NCBI GenBank assembly: GCA_965644295.1
Contig: CBFFRP010000365.1
Span: 167,793-231,792, forward strand
Length of the DNA: 64,000 nt
DNA from: Paraphysomonas bandaiensis
Lineage: Eukaryota; Protista; Chrysophyceae
Reading direction: 5' to 3'
Both the position numbers and the translations under genes were made by a program. Shown piece by piece: positions 48,265 to 61,731 of this stretch. The first letter of the stretch is position 1; the number at the start of each line of letters is the position of its first letter. Below the pieces are notes generated by a model. That model was given only the letters and a program-made list of their open reading frames with translations, was not told the origin of the DNA and made no database searches.

Positions 48265-49059
48265 CAGGGATAGGGAACAATATATTGTATTGCAATACAT
48301 TGTACAATATATTGCAATATATTGTAAAATATATTGATTGGTGGACTGGTCAAATATTCCATCAATAGTGTTTCTGCTAAAAGATCTCACAATACTATTG
48401 CAATATATTGCAATCAATATTATGATAGTCATATAAGAGAAGATTCTCAACTGTAGGGTGCAAAATGGATATAAATAACCGAGAAATTGATTACAACATT
48501 ACAAAGGATAATGAAGCTGATGTTGACTATGCGACTAAAAATCTTCAGTCAGCTCAAAAAATTAAGAAACGTACAGATCCACGAGTCATTAGCGGTTGCC
48601 TGGCCTTGGTATGTACTTCCAATACATGGGAACGTCTGTTCAGCACAGCTAAACATATTATATCAGTGTTGCGCAAAAGTATCCATCCTACTTAATATGC
48701 TGTTGTTTTAGAAAGCTCTTCGACAGTTATGGCCGGATACTAGCATATTTCAGTTAATTCTGTGGATGAATATGGTAATGTTGACCTCACCGATGATGGC
48801 TCAGAGGATGAGGACGAGGTGGATTTTTGTAGCTATAAGCAGCAGTTGGTTTGGTTGTCATGTGATCTTAATGACTAATACTAAAAATGAAATCTACGGA
48901 TCTGTTTACCTACTGATTAGTCAAACCTAATATATCGCAATACATTGACAATATATTGTAATTGTATTGTAGGACCGGTTTAAAAAATCCATCAATACTA
49001 TTGATATTGATGGAACGCTATCTAACAATAGTATTGCAATATATTGTTCCCTATCCCTG
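48265..49059 (+). mobile_element. Non-autonomous hAT element (795 bp) with a transposase C-terminal remnant
   Basis: Perfect TIR cagggatagggaacaatatattg. 8-bp TSD ATATATAG. Internal TSNTWERLFSTAK matches the hAT dimerisation-domain motif. Confidence 0.95.
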
Positions 49060-49325
49060 ATATATAGTATCTTAAGATGTGTAGCTACTGATCATAAATA
49101 CAAACCCATTATCAGAAGTTTGGATGCATGAAAGTCAGTGTAGTACAGGTGCTTGTCGAAACAAAGCCACAATTACACTAAAGTTACGCCGAGAAGCAAT
49201 GAATCTCGTATACACATTTCCACAGTACATATAATTACAAAATGCTACTCTATATTCTGACCAATTTACCATGCACAGGGACAATGCTTTTATTAAATAA
49301 CCATACAATAATATTATTATCAGAA

Positions 49326-50377
49326 TTAGCCATCACTTTTTACCTCATCTTTGTGTATTTTCTTATACTGCTGTTCCAAAGCTCGTGTGCGTAACTTAGT
49401 AATAAAATCATCGGTGCCATCTTTTCTATTGCTTTCTTCCACATAAGTCTTAAGACTATCAATACGAGAGCGACATGATACCAACAATGACCCATCTTTT
49501 CCGGACTCAATGACGGATCCGTTTCTAGCAGGACTTGGAGGATTACTATGAATTGATCTCTGCCGCTGTTCTATTCTGCTAACCGCCCGAGAATACTCGG
49601 AATCCAGTTCCTAGACAAAGTTACAGATGCATACAAAATACATAGGACATACTTTTATTGTAGCATTCAAGTCGAACTGCGAATAAGATTGAAGCCGGCA
49701 TTTTCTGTCGACTACTTCTCTTAAAACAGCAGCAGGATCCAAAGTTCCGGAAGGAGTCAGAAAAGATTCGGACGGTTTAGACGTAGAATGAGGTAAAGAA
49801 ACCTCCGGCTGAGAATATTCGCTCTCTACGGGGACAGATTCAGCAGGTTCATTAGAAGAGCTCTCCAAAATTTCTTCGCATTTTTCAGCTGTGGTCACGA
49901 TTTCCAGTTGTGGGTGACGAGCTTGTAATTTTTCAACAGCGCTTGTACTCTCAGCGCATGGATTTCCAGATATTATCAACCGCTTCAAGGATCGGGGAAA
50001 TACAGCTTTAAAGAATTTGTTAGCTACATTTTTTGACAAATGGGCACCATACCACTCAAAAGTGCTTCATCTTCAATTTGATTATTGGCGACATCTAGTA
50101 GCCACAACTATAAAATAATAATACATAAGCCCAATCAAAAGAATATGAAGATAATATCACGCACATTTTGTAGTAATTCAATATTGTCAATAGTCTTCAA
50201 ATTATTGTTTTTTAAATGCAATTCTTCGATTTCATGAAATAGTTCTAGATTATCGATATAACTGATGCTCTGGTCATTCAACTTCATAACACTGATTGAT
50301 CCAAAGTCTTCATCAGATAACATTCCATTTTTTTCAGGAAAATGTGTTTGGAGTATAACTCTGAGGGTTAATCTCAT
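49326..50377 (-). CDS. SDS22-type leucine-rich-repeat protein (LRRC46-like)
   Basis: ISYIDNLELFHEIEELHLKNNNLKTIDNI, LDVANNQI and LKRLIISGNPC (LRR cap), followed by a coiled-coil tail. Confidence 0.8.
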
Positions 50378-50911
50378 TGTAGTTACTGTTACTCTGATAT
50401 CTTAACACTCTATCCTCTATCAACTGATTTATAGCCTATGAATCACACTGTACTGCAGATATAGGCTATGTAGATACAGATGGTAATAAAACAATGATTA
50501 ATACAGACTCAGATACTCCAAGTTGCTTAATAGTTCTATGAAACCAGTGTGATCTCTCTATGGAGCCTTCCATACATAACATCCTGCACCACTATATATG
50601 GCAGGAGAAGAAAAATTTAAACGATTTTTGATGCTGAAAAGTAACGATAAAATGAAAAAATTAAGGATATATAGAATATTTATATCAATTTCTAGATATA
50701 ATTAACTGCAAAAACCCAGGGTTTTAAGTTTTTTATTGCTTATATGTACGGATACTGTTGCTGTTATGATGTGGGTATGTGCGTCTCAATATGGAGGAAG
50801 GATCTGCATCACTACTTAAGGTGCATACTATATATTAAAGACGGAAATACCAAAGAAGATCACTTCATAGAGTATATCTTACTAGTTAGTATCAATATAA
50901 TTCATACATAT

Positions 50912-51889
50912 ATGGCAAGATCCAAGAAAACTGTTCGTAAAATAGTGTCTGCTGGTCGAGGAAGAGTCATACAGTCGCCAGGCATTCGCGATGCAATCAT
51001 ATCTCTTTCAGGGAAACGTAACCCGCATGTAGTTTATCTAGGTACAGCCTCATATGAAAAACAGACGGGGTACGATTTGCAAGCAGCTGGATTTGCTGAT
51101 GTTGGGTGTACAGTTGAGCACTTAAAAGTTACTGCTATAAAGAACAGCCCACAAAATAGATCAATGATTGCTACGGCACTCAATAAAGCTGATATCATTG
51201 CTGCATCAGGTGGAAATACACTTTACGCAATGAAGCAATGGAAGAAACTAGGAATAGATAAATTATTGAGAAGAGCCAATGATCGTGGGGCAGTGTTATG
51301 CGGTGGTTCTGCAGGTGCCATATGCTGGTTTGATGCTGGACATTCTGACTCACGTGACCCCACCACTCTTCTTCATGTTAACCCGAAGTAATATTTATAT
51401 GTTTTATAATTTATATGGACTTATATAATGTGTAGTTTAAGTGAAGAAGAAAAAAAGTCGTGGAATTATATTTGTGTGAAGGTCAGTGCGTAACGTGTCA
51501 TTGTCATGGAGCAGAGCTTTGTCGTTGTGCTTGACTTCGAGTAATTTTTCCATTGTCTATAGTCATTTTCAATATAGGGACTAGGTCTAATACCAGGCGT
51601 ATGCTGCCCTCATCACGACTCTACACAGTCTAATGGACTTCCTCGTAGTGATGACTTCGACGGCATGCTCCGCCGACGTATGCGAAAATCTAAGTCTGTG
51701 CCAAATATTGGTGTGTGTATTGATGATCAAGCTGCACTGCTTGTTGATGGCGACTCGTTTAGAGTTTTATCAACGGATGGCAAATCTGGAGTCTGTAGAA
51801 AAGATGTCCAAGACGATGGTTCTATTGAAAAAACTGTTTTTTCACCTTCTGAGGAGTTTAAATCGTTAGACCATTTAATTGGAAATTAA
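50912..51889 (+). CDS. Peptidase S51 (dipeptidase E / YgaJ-like), 3 exons
   Basis: YLGTAS, ADIIAASGGNT, nucleophile motif GGSAGAICWF, GLGLIPGVCCPHHD and GVCIDDQAAL. Confidence 0.9.
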
Positions 51890-53200
51890 AATTATATTTA
51901 CTAGTGATTACAGTGAAACTTTATTTTCAATTGAAATAAAACATGTAAATTACAATGTAATATACTCTTAGTCGTATATGTAATAGTAGATACAGAAGCC
52001 GGGTTTGCGCCTCTATTGTGCATTGTATCATATATTCCTCGTATTAGTGAGGAACGAATAAATGCCGCCAGTTCGTAATACTAAATAGTAGAATAGACAC
52101 TAAGTAATTAAGTAATATGATGAGAACTGAGAACACTTAATTAGCAATTTTTCCTACCACCAACACAATTTCCAGGATTATCAATACATGATCATTCTAC
52201 ATATGAAGCACACCTATGTCAACTGCTAGTTCTGGCACTGTATTGGAGTAACTGATTGGAATGTATAATTATTGTACAATGGTCATTGATAGATGATCGT
52301 GTAATTATAATTCCGATTGTCGTGCTGTATTTTGATAATGTAGCCGTGCAAATCAACCATTCGGGTATTTTTCTTATAACTGAGCTTAAAATGTCCAGGT
52401 ATAATATGATCCACTCTTGTTGTGCGGATAGCAAGTTAGCGTTTACTTCAATTTACAGAAATTATACTGACGCCGAATTAATTTATGTACTCTATGCAAT
52501 ATAAACAGTCAAGCAACCTCAGTTGCAATCTGCGTATTTAGCTCTTTTCTTTACATATCTGTATGAGATTAGAGTCATTTGATATGAATTTCCTGATTAG
52601 TGCTGTGCTTCTCAAAGGAAGCCCTGCGAGCATCGGTCGTCACTGGGAGATTATGTTTCTTTTGTTTAATGCATAGCACCAAATAAAGAAACTGACCATA
52701 TCATTGCACGATATTGTACAATGCAATAGCAACAGCAATGCAATATCATGGTGTTCACACAAAGAAGAAACTGCTGTCCACAACTGTACATACATCCACA
52801 ACTGTATTCTATATAATACATAGAATACAGTCTCGTAGTGTCAGTTCACCACAATGGATGGAGAAACGTGAGCCTATGACGACGTCTCATGTTCCCCTCC
52901 CAACCCTTCATCTGAGTCTATCATATGACGAATGCCGTACCAGTACGTATACAAAAAACCCCACCATGAGTGCAACTTCTAGTGGTATGATAGGAGGAAA
53001 TAGATGATGATCTCTGGACAGATCTATCTATACTCTTGTGATTGTAACTGTGTGCTGTGTGATGTGTGATATGTCCTTTAATTCCACTGTTACATGAATC
53101 AATGATGTAACATATGAACTGATTACTGTTATGAGTGGACAAACGCACAGCACACTAAGTGTTACATAACCATATCAATTAGATATCAGAATATCTCAAT

Positions 53201-54754
53201 ATGACATCTACTGAAAAAGAACAAACTTGTAATTTTTGTCATGGAAACAAACCTCATGTTGTACTTCATCCATGCATGCACTGGTTTCACAGTAGGTGTA
53301 TATTTCCTTGGCCGATATCTGTGTGTCCATTATGTGATAAGAGTGTTGCTTCTGCGGAACCAAAATATACATCACTCGATGGAGATGGAGATGTACTTGC
53401 AACAAACTGTAGAAGTGGGAGGTGGATCAGTAGCGAAGAAGACTACGCCCGACTTCTAATTTCTAATTTTCACAATGGTAATAATTCTATTTCGTATATA
53501 TACCACTGAGTTTATGCTATTTCTAGGAACACTGCCTCTTGGTGAAAATACCAAGCTAAATGGATTTTTGTGTGATGTGCTCCAGTGCAATCCATCGCGA
53601 CTGGCGAGTAAAATTCGAACTGGAAAGGTAATCATTAGATATTATCCCACTTATATATTCTCATATATTTCACTAGAAACTCTACCACTGCCGAAATGCG
53701 CGAGATTTGGCTCCTGGTGATTTGGAAAACTTTGGCCACACTCAGCGCCGCTTGACTGAGCACGAAGAAGATTTTTTTTGTGCAATTCTTGTTACCCACT
53801 CACCAAAGGTGAGTATATATAGCTGGTATGAAGGCGTCATAAACTGACATTGACGCGCAGGTTGCTGGCGCGGTGCTAAGACGCATACAGCAGATATGGT
53901 GCGATCAGTTCATTCAACACGCAGTCGCTGTCGGCCAGGTCCTTAGTTTTCCCTCGCGTGATTGTAACTCTTCATGCATCCAGACTAATCATGTGTTCCC
54001 ATCACAGCCACGGAGACTAAATAATGATGTCGTGGAAGGAATTCTCACTGATATATCGCATGTTATGCAGAACTTACATGAAGAGCAGGGGTATACACAG
54101 TCAGAAGCTGACGATTGGTCGAAACAAGGTATCACACTTTACAGAGGTGGGAATAATATCGATGTACCTCCGCCAACTACTCCGTTTACAGTCGTGAAAG
54201 ATGTTCACGGCGAACGAGATAATGTTGACAGCCCTACTTCCTCAGAGTCGTCCCAGAATTCAGTGCCACCAACTGGAGATCTTGCGTGGTGTCTTAACCG
54301 TATGCTAGAGAAGTTTCCATTCGAGTGCGTTGATCTGTGGGTACCTGTTACCATAGATGACTACGAACTTCTTCTCATGGGCGGCAGTGCATCTATTGAT
54401 GAGAAATACCGTCCTTGGCTGGACTACTCGAAGAACTTCTCTTTCCAGCTTTCGTCGGGTGTTCCCGGACGCGTTTACTCCTCCGACCATCCTGAATGCA
54501 TTCCTGACTTGAATGATGTTCCTATGTCTGTGTTCCACAGGAGAGATGGGGCACTACGTTTGGATATACGGTCTGTGTTCGCAGTCCCAATGACATCTTG
54601 CAACGGGCCATCGTTTGTCGCAGTATTCTATAGTACAGACGCTTTCATGCCAACCACGGAGCTGCAGCGGGAGATATACGATTTTATGTGCACGTGGAAG
54701 TTTAATATATCTGTCGTAAGAACTTATTGTGATGGCACCAGTTCTGATTCCTAG
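53201..54754 (+). CDS. RING finger + Myb-like helical domain + NLP-type GAF domain protein (probable transcription regulator)
   Basis: RING CNFC..PCMHWFHSRC..CPLC. RSGRWISSEEDYARLLISNFHNG..LNGFLCDVLQCNPSRLASK. VDLWVP..YSKNFSF..GVPGRVY..PE..FHRRDGA..IRSVFAVP. Confidence 0.8.
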
Positions 54755-55391
54755 TGAACTGCGGTGCGGATGGTGTGGTTGCTGTTTGATGTTCATGTGT
54801 GCGAAGTCACAATTAATTGTGAGAAGTCAAATACTACCCATCATTATTCCATGAGTCGAAATATATGTTATAGTTTAGCCCTTTAAAGGTCAGAATGTCT
54901 TTTTTAGAGAGTGTAGTTACTGTCATGACTGTTGACTTGTACTCTTAGTTTTATAATGTGTTGAGCTCTTTCGCTTATAATTTATTAACTCACATTGTCG
55001 GTTGTTGTGCTAGCTATATCATCGTTGTATATATCGCGTTATTGTATTTTCCAGTAGTATAGTGTATAGTACATTATACCACGATAATGTACAAAATTAA
55101 GTTAACTATCAAGTATATCTAGTCGAAGGTATCACATAGTGCGCAAAAAACTACAGCCTCCTACACCATTTAATTCAGTCTATTGTAAAGATTCCTACTT
55201 ATGACAGTGCTAATACCGAATAACAGAATCGCTCTTCTTTGCAGTAATATTTGCCTTGATAAATAATTCCAAATCGTTGGAATAACTACAGTAGTGAGCA
55301 TCTTGGACAAAAAAACGGAATGATTTAATAAGCAATAATGCATAAATATATCAGCGACGTCAAGAACAACAACTTTAGATGATATTATAGA

Positions 55392-56409
55392 CTATATGTC
55401 TTCTTCATCATCATCGGACTCCTGGGAATCACTTCCAATACTGCTGCCACTGCCCATACTGCCTGTTGGGCGATCCTCGGCACTAGCATTGGATTCCAAG
55501 TCGACTGACGATGATGTCCCCTGGTTATCACCATTGCTGCTCTCGATACTCGTTTTAGTGTTCGCACTGATGAGATGGATATGGGGCCAAATCATCTCCA
55601 ACATCTGCATCACAGCGGGATTCTGATCTATCCACACAATAAACTTGGCGATCTAGACGATCTATATCAGTTTCGATTAGCCAAATCAAAGTAACACGTA
55701 CCTGTCGTGCGTTTAAAATTCCATGTAGCTTTTTCATTTCGCTGTCCAGAGTTTCATTCTTATTGGAGATTAACTCATCTAGGCGGTCCAAGATATTGTT
55801 CGCATCATCGGTGGCTTTCTGAAGAGCAGGGAAAGGAGAATTATTATCCGCGGTATATTCAACAAGTTTACGCTTCTGCTCCAGGGAGGGCTCCATGACA
55901 GCCATCAAGTCCTGCCATAGTGCATACACTTCGGGGTCTCCATTGAACTGTGTAGTTTTTTCGTTGCCTTCACGGTCGATGAACATAGGGGCACATGTCA
56001 TTAACCACAACAGTGTACGGGTTGTTTGTGTCGGAAGCAAACATTTCCGTAATTGAGTTATATGAAAGTCAATAGAACTTCTGCGGTCACGACCATAATC
56101 AGAATATTTCTCCTGTAACTCTTCAATTTCTTTCTTAATATCAGCTTCACTACCTCCTTCTTGTAGTAATACATTTAATCTTGATGTAATATCATCTCTA
56201 TCCGCATCTTGAACAGTAGAAGAATCTACACCTATCTTTAATTTTAATCGTAATTGAAGATTCTCAGCTTCTAAATGAGCAAGTTGAGCAAATAATGATT
56301 GATTATATTCCTTCTTTCTCTTCCTGCATTCTCTGGCACTTTCTCGATTTCTTGCTAATCGTCTTTTCCGTTTTTGTTCAGCAGTTAAACGTTCACTATC
56401 TCTCATCAT
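55392..56409 (-). CDS. bZIP transcription factor, 2 exons
   Basis: KRKRRLARNRESARECRKRKKEY followed by a leucine heptad. The C-terminal helical domain ends LNARQ|IAKFIVWIDQN. Confidence 0.93.
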
Positions 56410-56994
56410 ACTTTATAATAATATGATCTATTATATCATCTCCTATGAGACTATTGTATGATTAATGACTTGTGGTTTATTGGAGTTCCATATATGGTAG
56501 TGAGGTTACTATGCACTGTACCATATATATGTATGTATGTATGTACGTATGTACATAGAGTGCTATGGATAAAGGTGGTGATGTTTTTCAGTTTGCTCAC
56601 ACACATCATCTTCCACATAGATTCCAGATCACTGCATTGTACGATCGTAGTGTATAGAGTACATACTGTACATACATTATACACATAGACACCTCCATAT
56701 ACTCTACAAAATGTATCGACCTGGATATAAACCCCACTTTTCACATCAATATCATGGATTTTATTGAAGGTTACAAGAATATACCGGATTATCTTAACTA
56801 CCTCTAAAATCCTCCACTATTCTCATGATATTATCCTCTTACAACATACACTCCATCACTATCATAGTTACTCTATCTAATACACCACATATTCACCTCC
56901 CTAGACAAATCCTATCAATCTCCCCTATTTCCCTAGGAACACTAACATCTTATCACCTCTATCACCCATATGATATAGCTAATCTACTCTTCTA

Positions 56995-59483
56995 ATGCGA
57001 GTTAAGATTATACAGTGGAATAACACGCATATTATATGCTCTGTACGAAATATCGATACAACTCATGTGAGTATCACATTCTATCGACCTGATAACGCTT
57101 CAGAAATAGATTTTCAGGTGATTTCATTATACATATACCCCTTATAAGGTATTAACGTATAGTGTCTTACCAGTTAAGCAGTGAGGAAATCAAATCCATA
57201 CTGTGTAAAGATATCGGACAGGAATATACAGATGATGATATTGATAAACTCGCTCAGAACTACAGTGTTAAGCTTACTGATTTAGTTGGTAGAAATGAGA
57301 CTTCATCGAGTTCACGTTGTTCTCAATTGGAGGTTGAATTCTCATCGATAGCTGCAAATGCTCCCGTGTTGGAGGAATATTTACATGGGAAATACAACGA
57401 GGCAAGATATCTATGCGAAGAACTTATTGCAAGTAATCCTCAAGACCCACTACTGTTGCTCGATATGGGTAAAATTTTCTTGAAGCTGGAGAAATTCGAC
57501 GAAGCACTGGGTCAATTTAAGCAGGCTATTAGTCTAGTGCGTCGACGGTGTCGCCACGGTAGCAACTCCTCTGGTTCTGGGATTTCTACCACCTCCACTG
57601 CGAGGTCATTTTGTTTTACTGTAAATGAGGTATCTTTTGTTGCCTATTGTGGCATGGGTCAAGCTTATGAAGGTAGGCTGTGTTTATCTGTACTTACTGC
57701 TGTTCATGGGGCAACGACTAGGTTTGGGAAAGTGCAACCGGGCAGTGACTTGCTATGTCCTAGCTCTAAAATTCCATCGACCTCCTCAGACTACTCTGAA
57801 CTCTTCGCTTCCTCCTCCGCCACCTCTGAGTGGTACTACTGCAGTTATACCTTCTAGTTATGTGCCTCTGCCAACTGCAGTCGAGGAGGGATTTGATATA
57901 GAGTTTGCTTTGAAGCGCCTACTTCCGGCTAGGTCAGATACTGGTGAAGTTGACATAGAAGAAGCGCTATCACTGCACTCTGTACAGCATATAGATGAAC
58001 CCTTTCAATTCTCATGCACAATGTGTGGTGAATGCTGTCGTACTTCAGATAACATAATGCTATCTCCACATGATATATTCTTAATGACCAGGTGAATAAT
58101 TAACACGACTTTCGAACGATTATTTTATTGCTATGATTACAGATCCAGTGCACTGGGCATGTTCAATGCTAGTACAACGACGTCATTAAATCAACATGAC
58201 TATTTTAAGGTATTGATTTTCATTAGATCCTTTGCACTGTAAAGTTGTTGCTATGTGCTCCAGGGCGTGTTTCACTATACCCGAAAGGGTGGGTACCCCA
58301 TATGCTACTTGCGCCCAGTGAAACAAGCAGAGAGTAGAGGACATTGTCATTTTGCTTATCCACTGTACTCTACAAGAGTAAAGCAACCGAAAATTCATGA
58401 CCCGTCCTACGATGTGTCAAAAGGTGTGGATTACGCTGAACTTGAGAGACAAGAGAGGAATGATATAGCAGCAGTCAATAAGTCTCCTGAGTCGAATAAG
58501 AGTGCACTTTTGTCTTTCGAAGAGTACTTCACAAAATCGCTGGCGATCGATATGGCAAAGGATGGAGAAGAGCAATACAATGACACCAGTGATTCGCTGG
58601 ATGCGAATTATGATGAAGATGCTGAGGGAGCCCATGGCAGTGATAACGATAGTGGATCGGAGGAAAGTGAGGGCCCTGACTGGAGCTCAGTGCTGAATAT
58701 AGTTGGAAAACAGGCTCTGGGGTGTATGTTGGGCCCATCACACATGCCTACTATGTGTGCTTCGTATCCAGTAGCTCCAGAACTATCGCAAGCAGATTTT
58801 TGGCACGTACGACGGAGTTTCTGGAGGCGAGAAAATTCTGGAAACAAGGGAGAGGATATTGAATCATCAGTCCATAAACTTGCTCCCGGATGGCAGCTAG
58901 AGGAAATGTATGTTGTTGTGAACGCCCCTGCGTGTGAAGGGTTTCCGAGTCACATTATGAAAGATGCGGAGTCTGTACCATCGCAGTATCGTAGAGAAAA
59001 GACGCCAATCCAGCATGGACAGCTGATTGAACCTGGTCGTCAAAATCGTATTTCCGAGGAAAGAACAATGAGACAGTTCCTCGGTGAAAATTCTGGAGAT
59101 GTACTTGATAGGTGGGAGGAAAGTCAGTGGTTTATGGGACTCGTCGAAGATATATCTTGTTATCTTCCCATAGATATGATACAATCACGAGAAATTGAGC
59201 TGGTATGTTACAGGTATATCTGTGAAACGTTTTGTGATTTTTATCAATTCAGGCATTCGTTAACAAATTAGCACTGATTTGGTATAATTTTGACTCTCTC
59301 CGGACTGCCCGTTCGCGCCTTTTTAAGAGCTACAAGCGACTAAAGAAAACTATAGAAACCTTGACGTGGACATTGGTTCGTGAAACCCGTAGATTCATTA
59401 CATCTGATACACACGTGGGATCCAATGAGGCAACTTGCGTAGAAATGTATCATGATCTTTTAAATCGTTTGAATATTATGTAA
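56995..59483 (+). CDS. TPR + YkgJ/UPF0153 (CxxCxxCC) cysteine-cluster protein, multi-exon; 5' end uncertain
   Basis: TPR LLDMGKIFLKLEKFDEALGQFKQAI. FQFSCTMCGECC..IMLSPHDI, CHF, CML..MPTMCASYPV and CEGF. Confidence 0.78.
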
Positions 59484-59652
59484 ACTGAAAATATTTTCAT
59501 AGTATTGAAACCCTTGTTGCTTTTCGCTATTATTATTGTATCGATGTATCTATGCATTCAAAGTGTATATCTGGTCATTGTTCTTATCAGCATCATTCTT
59601 GTCATTAACAGTTAGCAGTATCATGACAAACTAGCGCGATATATATATTTAC

Positions 59653-60451
59653 CAGGGATAGGGAACAATATATTGTATTGCAATACATTGTACAATATAT
59701 TGCAATATATTGTAAAATATATTGATTGGTGGACTGGTCAAATATTCCATCAATAGTGTTTCTGCTAAAAGAGCTCACAATACTATTGCAATATATTGCA
59801 ATCAATATTATGATAGTCATATAAGAGAAGATTCTCAACTGTAGGGTGCAAAATGGATATAAATAACCGAGAAATTGATTACAACATTACAAAGGATAAT
59901 GAAGCTGATGTTGACTATGCGACTAAAAATCTTCAGTCAGCTCAAAAAATTAAGAAATGTACAGATCCACGAGTCATTAACGGTTGCCTGGCCTTGGTAT
60001 GTACATCCAATACATGGGAACGTCTGTTCAGCACAGCTAAACATATTATATCAGTGTTGCGCAAAAGTATCCATCCTACTTAATATGCTGTTGTTTTAGA
60101 AAGCTATTCGACAGTTATGACCGGATACTTGCATATTTCAGTTAATTCTGTGGATGAATATGGTGATGTTGACCTCACCGATGATGGCTCAGAGGATGAG
60201 GACGAGGTGGATTTTTAGTAGCTATAAGCAGCAGTTGGTTTGGTTGTCATGTGATCTTAATGACTAATACTAAAAATGAAATCTACGGATGTGTTTACCC
60301 ACTGATTAGTCAAACTAATATATCGCAATACATTGACAATATATTGCAATATATTGTAATTGTATTGTAGGACCGGTTTAAAAAATCCATCAATACTATT
60401 GATGGAACGCTCTCTAACAATAGTATTGCAATATATTGTTCCCTATCCCTG
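59653..60451 (+). mobile_element. Second copy of the non-autonomous hAT element (799 bp)
   Basis: Same TIRs and a near-identical interior to 48265-49059, with a different perfect 8-bp TSD (ATATTTAC). Confidence 0.95.
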
Positions 60452-60837
60452 ATATTTACTACTATGCATATTTTCGACTGAGACTTGTAGACATTAAAAG
60501 CACTTCATCAACTAAACTGTAAATTTCTCTACGTGTACTACATACTCACACTGCATTTACTAAGAATACGAAGTCGATATTATATTTCGTAGACTGATAT
60601 GTACTCCTCAGATCACCTTGTTGTTGAATGTTATCAGGATAGTGCCGTAAATAACAGTAAATTATAAATTACATTCACATTGAAGTGTACTAGACATCTA
60701 AAACACGAAGTATTCCATTTGCGCAGACTAATTCAAAAGTTGTCACCGTTACAATGGCTCGGTATCTACGTGTTTTCAAAAAAAACTTGCATCAACTGCC
60801 TTTGAAAAATAAAGAGTGTGAAATAATAAAACACAAA

Positions 60838-61731
60838 TTAACAATAATTTCTAATAATCGCCTTCGGTAAAATAGCTGTCCCTCCACGAGGATTTTTTAC
60901 CATGCAATTACTCTCGAATTCGCTCCAAGTAATTGAGCCGGTGCGATTGTCGTCGAAATATGCGAACAAAGCTAAGCTTTGTACTTCATCAATATAACAG
61001 TTACTGAGTTCCAAAAACTGTCGAAATTCCAATTCATCAAGTGTTCTACTTTTATCCATGTCAAAATATTCGAAAGCTTTTCGGTTTTTTATTCTTTGTT
61101 GAGCTAAACTGTTGACTCGTTCTGACAACTTATTTTGCACTAAACGGAGAACAGATTCTTGCGTCTGACCTCGGTTATGTAGTAACCTAATAGCATTTTC
61201 GTACCTCTCCTCCAACGCCATATTCTTCCCAAGTCGACGAAAATTAGCAAAACTAGACCCCAATGCAGACTGCTCAACCATATTGCCAACATGACTCGCT
61301 CGACGCTGACGCCTCGCATTCAAGTAGCCCTGATTAGTATTATCGTTACAATCACCATCAGTTGAGTCATCTTCCGAAGCATCATTCTTTCGAACAGACA
61401 TTTTCAGTGCTTGCGAGAGGTCACGACTATTCAAAGTATACTTATCATAAGAAATTTCAAAACATTCGTCAGTATCGTCATCATAACATGTGTCAATTAC
61501 TTTCTGTGAAGCACAGCCCTGTAAAGAAACTACTGTCTTCTCTCCATAACATCCAGACGATTTTTTGGGTTCACTCTCCTGGAACGGTTTCGTATTCGAG
61601 ACTAGACAATAGTCTTGACGAGGAGGGGTACGGCGTCTTGGTGCAGGAGGTGATATAGATGGAGACGGTTCGTTAGTATCTGGACGAACAATAAGGGATT
61701 GTTTGCGTTGAAAATCCCGACGATTGGGCAT
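60838..61731 (-). CDS. EF-hand pair Ca2+-binding protein with a disordered N-terminus
   Basis: AFEYFDMDKSRTLDELEF and LFAYFDDNRTGSITWSEF. Confidence 0.85.
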   Translation of the reverse strand: MPNRRDFQRKQSLIVRPDTNEPSPSISPPAPRRRTPPRQDYCLVSNTKPFQESEPKKSSGCYGEKTVVSLQGCASQKVIDTCYDDDTDECFEISYDKYTLNSRDLSQALKMSVRKNDASEDDSTDGDCNDNTNQGYLNARRQRRASHVGNMVEQSALGSSFANFRRLGKNMALEERYENAIRLLHNRGQTQESVLRLVQNKLSERVNSLAQQRIKNRKAFEYFDMDKSRTLDELEFRQFLELSNCYIDEVQSLALFAYFDDNRTGSITWSEFESNCMVKNPRGGTAILPKAIIRNYC

